IMG/VR virus record: IMGVR_UViG_3300005805_000289
Location: 1 to 31,775 of that record
DNA from: a virus
Lineage: Duplodnaviria; Caudoviricetes
Length of the DNA: 31,775 nucleotides
Strand: one strand, 5' to 3'
The position numbers were made by a program, and so were the translations under genes. Below the pieces are notes generated by a model. That model was not told the DNA's origin. It made no database searches and was given only the letters and a program-made list of their open reading frames with translations. Below are positions 7,829-15,180 of the stretch, one piece after another; positions within the stretch are counted from its first letter, which is position 1; every line of letters begins with the position of its first letter.

Positions 7829-8166
7829 CGTTTGGCTCCTTCGATGAGTGTGATGAGGGTGTCGAGGGTGCAGGTGACATACCAGGAGGCGGGGTTGCCT
7901 TTGCCTCGTCGTTTGTGGATGACGATTCCGGTTTCTCGGCCGGCGTTTCGGGCTTGGATGGCGACGTCGTCGACCCAGCCGGAGAGGTCGAGGCGAGCAT
8001 GGTTTTTGACTTGGATGGCCGGCCAGTTTTTGTCGGGGACCCAAATGTCGCCACGGTCGAGAGTGGCTCCGGCTGGTACACGTTCGGCTTGGACGCCTCG
8101 GACGTTGAGATAGTCGGTGACTGCTCGTTCGGCTGCTGAGCCTTTGTCTTTGTTTGGGTTGCTCAC
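7825..8166 (-). CDS. Holliday junction resolvase (Hjc-like PD-(D/E)XK)
   Basis: GTG 8166: SNPNKDKGSAAERAVTDYL...DRGDI...IQVKN...QARNAG...VIHKRRGKG, the usual actinophage resolvase pattern. Confidence 0.8.
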   Translation of the reverse strand: MSNPNKDKGSAAERAVTDYLNVRGVQAERVPAGATLDRGDIWVPDKNWPAIQVKNHARLDLSGWVDDVAIQARNAGRETGIVIHKRRGKGNPASWYVTCTLDTLITLIEGAKR

Positions 8167-8255
8167 AATATCCCTAGCGTAATCAGCCAAATCCAAAGCA
8201 TGGTCACGGCGACGAGGAAGAAGATTGTTGCGAGTGCAAGCCAGTCGGATTTCAT
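8163..8255 (-). CDS. Single-TM membrane peptide (30 aa)
   Basis: MKSDWLALATIFFLVAVTMLWIWLITLGIL; 4-nt overlaps at both ends. Confidence 0.65.
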   Translation of the reverse strand: MKSDWLALATIFFLVAVTMLWIWLITLGIL

Positions 8256-8422
8256 CGTGGCGTCTTTACCGGCCAGGCGAAGATCCCAGCAGCTACCACA
8301 GTGAGGAGGAGGGTGAGGCCGATGATTGGTCCGAGGGCGTCGTGTTGGGCGATGTTCTCGACGAACGCTGGGAGGAGGGCGAAGGCGGTGAGGCCGGCGA
8401 GGAACTGTCCTAGCTGTTTCAT
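8252..8422 (-). CDS. Two-TM membrane protein (56 aa)
   Basis: Below the cutoff. MKQLGQFLAGLTAFALLPAFVENIAQHDALGPIIGLTLLLTVVAAGIFAWPVKTPR; GAAAGG RBS; ATGA overlaps. Confidence 0.7.
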   Translation of the reverse strand: MKQLGQFLAGLTAFALLPAFVENIAQHDALGPIIGLTLLLTVVAAGIFAWPVKTPR

Positions 8423-8583
8423 GCTGCACCTTTCGGGGTGTGGTTTGTCGGGTGGTTGCTGGCGTAGCCGGTGTAACTGTTAGGGCAGGTTTGCCGGTGG
8501 TCAAGATATTCCTGGGCGCCTTTGGTGGTGCGGTCGAAAGACTGTTTGCATTGGAGGCAGCGTATGACGTTTGGTTCGGTCAC
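8419..8583 (-). CDS. Small C2HC zinc-finger protein (54 aa)
   Basis: GTG 8583 (GTGA overlap): MTEPNVIRCLQCKQSF...EYLDHRQTCP. Confidence 0.65.
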   Translation of the reverse strand: MTEPNVIRCLQCKQSFDRTTKGAQEYLDHRQTCPNSYTGYASNHPTNHTPKGAA

Positions 8584-8729
8584 AGGTCGACCTCGAGGTC
8601 GTTGCCGACGAGGACGATGACTGGAATATCCGCCATGGTCGGTGCTGTCTGCTTGGGTACAGCGCGCGCCTTCTTGACTTGGTGGGCGAAGAGGAGAGCT
8701 GCCGGGGTGAGACAGATCAGAGTCCACAC
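8580..8729 (-). CDS. Small protein with hydrophobic N-terminus (49 aa)
   Basis: GTG 8729: MWTLICLTPAALLFAHQVKKARAVPKQ...; fills the gap between coupled genes. Confidence 0.5.
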   Translation of the reverse strand: MWTLICLTPAALLFAHQVKKARAVPKQTAPTMADIPVIVLVGNDLEVDL

Positions 8730-9061
8730 GGCTTGAATCCTTTGGCGATGACGTTCTCGAGGTCTTCGATGGAGAGTTCGTTTACGTCGGTGTCTTGGAT
8801 GTAGAGGCGGACGTTGATGACGGCGTGCCAGAAGTTGTCGTCGTTGTCGAAGTCTTCTGGGTGAATGGTGTTGACAATGTTTTCGGCGAGAATTTCGGCT
8901 TTGACGAGTGCGGTGATGTAGTCGTCTTCGAGCTGGTCGACTGGTTCGTGTTCGTCGTGGATGTGGTCGACGTTGCCGATGATGTTGGCGATTTCTTCGA
9001 CTTTGTCTTCGGCGTAGATGAGTTCTCGGAGGTTGGTGTCGAGTTGCTTGATTGCTGACAT
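8717..9061 (-). CDS. Highly acidic 114-aa protein, first gene after the putative early promoter
   Basis: ATG 9061 with AAGGAA RBS; hand count about 27 D/E versus 7 K/R. Confidence 0.8.
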   Translation of the reverse strand: MSAIKQLDTNLRELIYAEDKVEEIANIIGNVDHIHDEHEPVDQLEDDYITALVKAEILAENIVNTIHPEDFDNDDNFWHAVINVRLYIQDTDVNELSIEDLENVIAKGFKPCGL

Positions 9062-9120
9062 GTCGGGGTTCCTTGTCTGTTGGATTTTCTTGTGTGTGGG
9101 GCGGCTGCTCCACATGGGAA

Positions 9121-9149
9121 GTTTTAAAGGACGTTTAAAGGAATGTCAA
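9121..9149 (-). promoter_or_regulatory. Sigma70/SigA-type promoter with overlapping direct repeat
   Basis: Minus strand TTGACA (9149-9144), 17 nt, TAAAAC (9126-9121). TCCTTTAAA occurs twice with an 11-nt period across the spacer and -10. Locally AT-rich intergenic DNA. Confidence 0.7.
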
Positions 9150-9163
9150 GGATCTTTTTCGGA

Positions 9164-9224
9164 GACGTCAGAAACCCCAGCCACGGAGCCTGGGGGAAGG
9201 CTGATGGCTGGGGTTTCCGGCGTC
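9164..9224 (-). terminator. Long hairpin closing the late/lysis operon
   Basis: gacgtcagaaaccccagcca ... tggctggggtttccggcgtc, a ~20-bp stem with a perfect 13-bp core and an inner agcct/aggct stem, between the holin and the promoter. Confidence 0.6.
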
Positions 9225-9317
9225 CGATTCGGTTGTGGTTCTCAGAGTGCGTGGCGGTTCGCCTCGAGGATCCAGTCGACACCCAGGGGAGGGAGATGTC
9301 GTCGTCGAATCGGGGAT

Positions 9318-9554
9318 CTACGGAAACGTCTTGAAGGTAGGGACCATCGAAGGGGAGTCGATGGGGCCGACCTTGTCTGAGGCAATCGACGTCAGAACAG
9401 AGAGGCCGGCAGCGATGAGGGAGGTGGCTGCGAGGTGCTGCCAGTCAAGGTTCAGCCAGTCCATTTGGGAGGCGCCTGCGAGGGCGACGAAGGTTTGGGC
9501 GAAGGTTTTGATGGCTCGTTCGGCGAGTTGGCGGAGGAAGAATTTGTCAAACAT
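9318..9554 (-). CDS. Holin, r1t family
   Basis: ATG 9554 (TAATG): LAERAIKTFAQT...DW......AAGLSVLTSIAS, the r1t holin signature. Confidence 0.9.
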   Translation of the reverse strand: MFDKFFLRQLAERAIKTFAQTFVALAGASQMDWLNLDWQHLAATSLIAAGLSVLTSIASDKVGPIDSPSMVPTFKTFP

Positions 9555-9679
9555 TACGGTTTCCAATCTGGAGTGGGATAGTCCTGAGTGTCAGGGTATT
9601 CGTGTTCTTCGGGATCGTATTCGACCTCTTCGTCGGGTTCGGTCAGAGGGATCAAATCAGGTTCAATGGTGATGGTCAT
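9554..9679 (-). CDS. Acidic Pro-rich peptide (41 aa)
   Basis: Below the cutoff. MTITIEPDLIPLTEPDEEVEYDPEEHEYPDTQDYPTPDWKP; ATGA overlap upstream and TAATG downstream, filling the gap exactly. Confidence 0.65.
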   Translation of the reverse strand: MTITIEPDLIPLTEPDEEVEYDPEEHEYPDTQDYPTPDWKP

Positions 9680-10068
9680 TCTTCCTCCTCGTCCACCCAT
9701 TCTTCCTCATCCTCGTCGATGTCGAAAGAGGGAACGCTGGGGGCAGGGTTGAGAAGTGATCCATAGAGACAGTCCAAATAGCCGGCGGCGTCGGTGATGG
9801 AGTCTTTCAACTGTTCAGCGTTGAAGCCTTCCTCGAGGCCCCTGGCAATCCTTCCGAGCTTCATACAGATCATGTAGAGGATTCCGGCGTTGACGTCGAG
9901 GACGTCGTCACCCCATAAAGAGTTGAAGAGGTTGGTGACCCTTTGGTAATCCTCCCAGGGTGGGCCGTAGGCTCGGCCACGGTCGCCATGGACGAGGGCG
10001 AAGCCGTCGAGGAGGATGGAGGGCCAGGCGGCGTCGAAGTATTCGTCGACTTCGGGTTCTTCTTCCAT
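9676..10068 (-). CDS. DUF6378-like protein (putative nucleotide pyrophosphohydrolase fold) with acidic termini
   Basis: LVHGDRGRAYGPPWEDYQR...MICMKLGR...DSITDAAGY pattern; start ATG 10068 with AAGGAA RBS. Confidence 0.75.
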   Translation of the reverse strand: MEEEPEVDEYFDAAWPSILLDGFALVHGDRGRAYGPPWEDYQRVTNLFNSLWGDDVLDVNAGILYMICMKLGRIARGLEEGFNAEQLKDSITDAAGYLDCLYGSLLNPAPSVPSFDIDEDEEEWVDEEEE

Positions 10069-10078
10069 GTCGGGTTCC

Positions 10079-11311
10079 TTATGCGGAGTGGATGTGTAGG
10101 TCACCCCAGCCTCGAGGGCCGTAGCCGGTCCCGATGCCGAGGGTGAGGAGTCCAGCGGGTGAGTTTTGGCCGCTCATGTCAGTCCACCAGGAGGAGCCTC
10201 CATCCATGGCGGGTGCTTGCATGAAGGTCCGGCCGGATGTTTCCGAACAGATGAAGTGGTGGTAGTGGCCGGTGATGAGGATGTCGGCGTCGGCGATTGG
10301 TTGGCGTCCCATGACTTGTCCTTTCCACCAGTTTTCTAGTTTGGCAGCGGGGTGGCCGGATGCGCCTGCTTTGTGGCCGTGGGCGAAAGCAACGGGGATT
10401 CCGGCGATGTTGAGGACAAGGTTGTTGCCGGACGCGAGGACGGTGGTGCAGCTGCCGTACCGTTCCTCATTAGCGGCGAGGATTTCGGCTACCTGTTCTA
10501 CGACTGCGAGGTCGTCGTTGTCAGTGGTTCTGGTGAAGGATTTTCCGTTCAGCCGGTTTTCGCCATGGTTGCCAGGGACAGCAGCTAGAACTACTCGAGG
10601 GGTAAGGCCGAGGACATTGTCGACGGCTCGGAGGATGAGCCGGCGGGCGAGGCGCATTTGTTCACGCCTGTCCAAGTCGACGTTGAAGGTTTGCCCTGGA
10701 TAGTGGCCGGTGCATTGTTCCACTAGATCGCCGAGGCCGACTAGGTAGACAGTGTCGACGGGTCGGCCTGCCTTTTTGAGTTCTTTGATTCGGGCTGGCA
10801 GATAGTCGAGGGTGCGACAGATTCTTTCCACGGTTTCAGGAGTGCCGCCATTTGGCTCCCCTGCCTTTCCTAACTGCCAGTCCGCTATGAGGACCACCAA
10901 CGCCCGATCGGGCCTCTCAGGGCCTTTCAGGGGCTTCACAGGGCGCCTCTTCTCCACTAACCGGCAGAGGGCGTCCACATCTGGGCGGTCATAGTCAAGT
11001 TCACGCGCGCGCAATGTCGCCCGGTAATACCTCAACCGGCGGCCGTCATGAGTGTCCCATGCTCGAACTTGGACAGACCCTTCGACCACTTCAGTAGTGA
11101 GCGGATCTAAACCCCAGTCGGCGACAAGCTCAGACCAAACCCCAGACGTCGGGTCGGCCTCGAGGGGTGGAGTAGTCAGCGTTCCTTCACGCCCATTCCA
11201 AGCGACCCCTGGTTCCCAGCCTTGCGGATGGTTTCGTCGAGGTCGGGAACCTGCTGCTACTTCGTCAGCGAACGAGGCAGTTTCGTCGGTGTTTTCGGAT
11301 TGAGTCGCCAC
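10079..11311 (-). CDS. Calcineurin-like metallophosphoesterase (Mre11/SbcD-like)
   Basis: All five motifs present: ADWQ, GDLVE, GNHGE, AHGH, GHYHH. Confidence 0.85.
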   Translation of the reverse strand: MATQSENTDETASFADEVAAGSRPRRNHPQGWEPGVAWNGREGTLTTPPLEADPTSGVWSELVADWGLDPLTTEVVEGSVQVRAWDTHDGRRLRYYRATLRARELDYDRPDVDALCRLVEKRRPVKPLKGPERPDRALVVLIADWQLGKAGEPNGGTPETVERICRTLDYLPARIKELKKAGRPVDTVYLVGLGDLVEQCTGHYPGQTFNVDLDRREQMRLARRLILRAVDNVLGLTPRVVLAAVPGNHGENRLNGKSFTRTTDNDDLAVVEQVAEILAANEERYGSCTTVLASGNNLVLNIAGIPVAFAHGHKAGASGHPAAKLENWWKGQVMGRQPIADADILITGHYHHFICSETSGRTFMQAPAMDGGSSWWTDMSGQNSPAGLLTLGIGTGYGPRGWGDLHIHSA

Positions 11312-11492
11312 GGATCTCCCATCCTCTCCGCTTCATTGCCCTAGAGATCGCCTCGGCGTTCCATGCTTGGTCCTCGAGGACTTCTTGGACTTCGCCACGC
11401 GTTTTTGTGTCCATGTTTTTGAGGAGGACACAGAGTCGACATTCAATTCCGGAGGTTCGGGTTTCTGCTCGGACGTCGTCGGCAAAGCTCAT
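11265..11492 (-). CDS. Small Zn-binding/HTH-like protein (75 aa)
   Basis: ATG 11492 (ATGA overlap): MSFADDVRAE...CRLC...AEAISRAMKRRGWEIRGDSIRKHRRNC. Confidence 0.7.
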   Translation of the reverse strand: MSFADDVRAETRTSGIECRLCVLLKNMDTKTRGEVQEVLEDQAWNAEAISRAMKRRGWEIRGDSIRKHRRNCLVR

Positions 11493-11734
11493 TTCCGCCA
11501 CCATGGTTTTCGGGTTGTCATACGGTGCAGGACGATATGGTCGTCAAGCCGGTCGGAAACAGTTTCAACTCTTGCGGCCGTGTCGTCAACCTTCTTTTCG
11601 ATGCGGTCCAGTTTGACAGCGTTTTCGGAGTGTTCGTCGGTGTTGATTCGACGGGTTTTCCTTGACTGCCAAATGATGCCGGCGAACGCTAAGAGTCCGG
11701 TGACTGACGCGGCAATAATCGGTTCCCATTCCAT
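11489..11734 (-). CDS. Membrane protein (1 TM plus coiled coil), probable lysis accessory or second holin
   Basis: IIAASVTGLLAFAGIIW TM, then KLDRIEKKVDD...RLDDHI; directly after the endolysin. Confidence 0.7.
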   Translation of the reverse strand: MEWEPIIAASVTGLLAFAGIIWQSRKTRRINTDEHSENAVKLDRIEKKVDDTAARVETVSDRLDDHIVLHRMTTRKPWWRK

Positions 11735-11755
11735 GACATCTGCACCCCTAGCCGG

Positions 11756-12559
11756 TTAGATGGTGGGGACGGCGTCGACGAACGCCTGGTCGGCTACCCA
11801 AACGGTTTGGCCTTCGACAATGATGGTGTTGGAGCCTGTTGGGATGAGGAACTGGCCGCCGGCCTGTGCGATCACCCAAACCACATTTGACATTTGCCCT
11901 GCTGGGATATGCCATTTCCAGCCCAGCCCGGCGTCGCATAAGTAAACCTCGCCAGTTTTGTTGCCTCGAAGTAGGTAGCGTTTCATATCGTCGTCCTGTG
12001 GAGTTGGGGGAATAGGTGTTGGCGGGGTGATTGCGTTGATGAGGAGCTGGTCGAGGCGTTGCCGGTCGGGATGGGTTGACCAGGCGTCGGAACGGTCCCA
12101 GGGCTGAACGTCTCCGTGACAGAATAAACCAGGACGGTTGAGAGCGTCAGCACCGATCCACTGGGCATTCGATAAAGGAATGCCTAGCAAAGTCCAAAGC
12201 CCACGGATGGCTTCGCCTGCTCGAGCAATCATTGCCTGTGTGTTCGGATCGTCGGGGCTGAGTTCGGCGGACTTGCCAGCGAGGCAGATGTGCCAGGTGC
12301 GCGAGTTGTAGCCGGAGGCCGCTACAGAGAAGGTGGTGTAGCTCGGCGGCACAAGCACGACGGTCTCTTCACTGTCGACGATGGCGTGATAGCTGCCCGG
12401 ATCGGATCGTTGCGAAATGAAACGTGCAAGGTTGCGCGCGCTGCCCGGTCCCGTAGGACCTTCGCTCGTATGCACACCGATCGCATAGGTCGGGGTGTTG
12501 GATCGCGACGGATAGAACTGCGGCGAGCGTGGTGGATTGTCGAGCAGGTAGTAACCCAT
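11756..12559 (-). CDS. Endolysin, N-acetylmuramoyl-L-alanine amidase (Amidase_2)
   Basis: ATG 12559 (TAATG); GVHTSEG, SYHAIVD, NSRTWHICLAG, FCHGDV..DRSD Zn-amidase motifs; Pro linker and C-terminal domain. Confidence 0.85.
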   Translation of the reverse strand: MGYYLLDNPPRSPQFYPSRSNTPTYAIGVHTSEGPTGPGSARNLARFISQRSDPGSYHAIVDSEETVVLVPPSYTTFSVAASGYNSRTWHICLAGKSAELSPDDPNTQAMIARAGEAIRGLWTLLGIPLSNAQWIGADALNRPGLFCHGDVQPWDRSDAWSTHPDRQRLDQLLINAITPPTPIPPTPQDDDMKRYLLRGNKTGEVYLCDAGLGWKWHIPAGQMSNVVWVIAQAGGQFLIPTGSNTIIVEGQTVWVADQAFVDAVPTI

Positions 12560-13194
12560 TACGCAGGTGCGCCCGATGGGCCGATGTCTTCGACCACCAT
12601 GTTGACAGCCTCGAGGGTTGTGATTTGTGCGCTCACACCTGCGGTGCGTGTCAGGGTGAGGAGGAAAGTATGAGCGCCGGCGGTAAGTGTCGTAGACCCC
12701 ATCGGGTGAATGTTCATTTTTCCTACACCAGTGCCGAACGTAATATTGCCACCCCACCAAACAGTTCCCGATGTGCTGTCTTGGCGAATTCGCATTGTGT
12801 AGGAATCGGCAGCGGTAGCACTAATCGTTGTAGCAATGCTGACCCGATAGAACCTGTTGGCGACAGCAGTGAAAGAGGCACTTGTGAACACTGCCGTTTC
12901 AGTTGCGCCAGACGTAGACGTGCCGGGGCCGTTTCCTTGGTTTCGTGCAACGACGCCCCACGGTGCATTCCAACCGGGACCTTTACGCCAAGCGGAGCCG
13001 GATGTGTAATGGTACAAACCCTCCGACGAGTCGCCCGAGCCAACGTAGGCAACCATCCCAGTCTCAGGGGCTGTGATCGCAGCGTCTCGGGCGCCAGTCG
13101 ATGCAAACGACATCACAGACTGTTCCATGAGAAAGTTGTTGACGTCTGAGGCGGTGAGGACTGTTGCTGTGAAGTTTTTGAAACCGGACCCCAT
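12559..13194 (-). CDS. Minor tail / tail fibre-like protein
   Basis: GFKNFTATVLTASDVNNFLMEQSVMSFASTGARDAAITAPETGMVAY N-terminus typical of actinophage minor tail proteins; Thr/Gly-rich beta C-terminus. Confidence 0.75.
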   Translation of the reverse strand: MGSGFKNFTATVLTASDVNNFLMEQSVMSFASTGARDAAITAPETGMVAYVGSGDSSEGLYHYTSGSAWRKGPGWNAPWGVVARNQGNGPGTSTSGATETAVFTSASFTAVANRFYRVSIATTISATAADSYTMRIRQDSTSGTVWWGGNITFGTGVGKMNIHPMGSTTLTAGAHTFLLTLTRTAGVSAQITTLEAVNMVVEDIGPSGAPA

Positions 13195-13203
13195 GGGTGT
13201 CTC

Positions 13204-15180
13204 CTAATAGCCGAGGATGTTGGTGTCGAGGACTCCGAGTGTTGCCGAGTCCAGAACGAATGGCGCGTTTTGTAATGTCGGATCTGTGTTGAATGTTACA
13301 ACCCAGTTGTCGCGTGTGATTGAGTGTTTGATGCCTTCGATGATGAGGGTTTTGCTGATTTGGGAGCCGACGTCTTGTGGGGTGCGTTCCACTGTGATCC
13401 GGTCGCCGATGTCAAGGGTGACACATGGGGACTGGTAGGCGACGTCTCGACGGGTGTTCACTGTCAGCTCGTCGATTCTCATTTGCGGATCTTTGTATTG
13501 GCCGAGACGATAGATGGCAGTGTTGGCGGTGTAATAGCCATCATCGGCAATGAAGTTGTCAATGTTGAAAGTCCGTTTGAAATATTTGCCTTGGCTGGTG
13601 CTGTCGGATTCGGTGTAGGTGGTGCCGTTGGGTTGGGTGACGGTGACTTCGTTGAAGATGTAGCGGTCGTCGAAGGTGAACATGATGTCGGAGTATTTGA
13701 TTTCTCCGACGCCAGGGTTGTCGGAGAAGGTGGCTTGGGAGGTGATGAAGTTTCCGGAGCCGTCAGCGTTTCGGTCGATGAACCGGATTTTGCCGTCGAC
13801 TGACATGAAGAGGCGGCCTTGCTCGGCGGTTTCTACTTCCTTCAAAGCGTCGAGGAGTCCTTGTCCGGTTGTTTTCACACCTTGGACTGTGGTGTCTCCG
13901 GTGTTGAGGTCGAGGCCGTCGGTCATCCAGTCGGCAAGGTCGGCGAGGTATGTGATGCGCTGGTCGGTTCGTTCCCCGGTTCGATAAGTTCCGATACCGA
14001 TTTTGTAACCGTTTTCTTGTTCGGGTTCGGCTCCGTCCAAGTCGTAGATGGCTAAGTCTTGACAGTTCCCGATGAAGTACGAAGGGAAATTGTTGGCGGC
14101 GACACTGCTTTTCGCGATTGGTTTTGAAATAGTTAGAAAGTCCAGCAAGGGGTCGACGTCGATGGAGTAGCTGCCACTAGATGTAAAACGCTGGTCGTCA
14201 ACCCACATGTGGTAGCCGATTCCGACGACCGGGTTGTGGGCGAGAATAACGAGGTGGGGTTGGCCGTCGTTGACTTTGATTGTGCTAGGGATTTTGACGG
14301 CTGTAAGAACTCCGCCTCCTGTTCCTGCTTGCGCTGCTTCAATGGTTCCGACTCCATTGGCGTCAACGACCAATCCGAAATGTCCGGAGTGAACAGCGTT
14401 TCCGTGATTAAAGATGGCGTAGCGGCCTTGTCTAGTTTCTGTTGTTTGAATCCACAACGAAGCCCACCAGACTTCTGCCAAAGTTATTCCCGAAGTTCCT
14501 CCACCTAAAACATCGTAGGCCTGAAAATACTTTTGACCATCGAAAGAGGATGATGTGGCTGGATCGTTTGTTATGAGGCTGTCTCCCGGGACACAAAATG
14601 AGGGCGTGTCTGTGGTCGTTTTCCATTCCCCAGAAAATGGAGTCCATTTGGTAATTTCGAACCCATATCGGGATCCATTGAAATCGGCTAACCGATAGTA
14701 GGCCTTGGGGTCGTAATCAAGAACAGTTTTCAGAAAGAGGCGTTGGAGTTTGAATTCGTTGAGGACTTTGAAAGCGTCGGTGGCGGTAACCGTCACAGTC
14801 GCCTCATTCGGGAAAGAATACGACTGAGGCCACTGGTCAATGAATCCGAAGAAGATAGAACGGATGACGCCTCCGGCTGGGGTCACTCGGATCCGGATGG
14901 GACGAAGTGGTGTCAGGTTTCCGTAGAAAGTGCCGGCGCTGTTTTCAGGGTCGAAGAGTCGCGTTCGGTTGTCGAGAAGGACTTGGCAGGAACCGGCCGA
15001 GTAGGTGTCCAGTTCGGAGGAGCGGCCACGCGAGGTTGAGACTTCTCGGACGTGTTCGGTTATGTCGGTCCAGTTGATGGAGGCGAGTGTGGAGCCGAGT
15101 GGGACTCGACCTCCGCCGGCAGTCGTAGAGAAACCAACCTCGACAGTCAAAGCCATTCCATCGAAGAGAAGTTCGGTCAT
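13204..15180 (-). CDS. Minor tail (hub/tip) protein with central LamG/ConA-like domain
   Basis: Follows the tape measure; WTDITEHVR..RGR..ELD..AG...LDN..RLFDP N-terminus; central YYRL...FDG...SLWI...VNDGQPHLV...MWVD pattern. Confidence 0.8.
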   Translation of the reverse strand: MTELLFDGMALTVEVGFSTTAGGGRVPLGSTLASINWTDITEHVREVSTSRGRSSELDTYSAGSCQVLLDNRTRLFDPENSAGTFYGNLTPLRPIRIRVTPAGGVIRSIFFGFIDQWPQSYSFPNEATVTVTATDAFKVLNEFKLQRLFLKTVLDYDPKAYYRLADFNGSRYGFEITKWTPFSGEWKTTTDTPSFCVPGDSLITNDPATSSSFDGQKYFQAYDVLGGGTSGITLAEVWWASLWIQTTETRQGRYAIFNHGNAVHSGHFGLVVDANGVGTIEAAQAGTGGGVLTAVKIPSTIKVNDGQPHLVILAHNPVVGIGYHMWVDDQRFTSSGSYSIDVDPLLDFLTISKPIAKSSVAANNFPSYFIGNCQDLAIYDLDGAEPEQENGYKIGIGTYRTGERTDQRITYLADLADWMTDGLDLNTGDTTVQGVKTTGQGLLDALKEVETAEQGRLFMSVDGKIRFIDRNADGSGNFITSQATFSDNPGVGEIKYSDIMFTFDDRYIFNEVTVTQPNGTTYTESDSTSQGKYFKRTFNIDNFIADDGYYTANTAIYRLGQYKDPQMRIDELTVNTRRDVAYQSPCVTLDIGDRITVERTPQDVGSQISKTLIIEGIKHSITRDNWVVTFNTDPTLQNAPFVLDSATLGVLDTNILGY

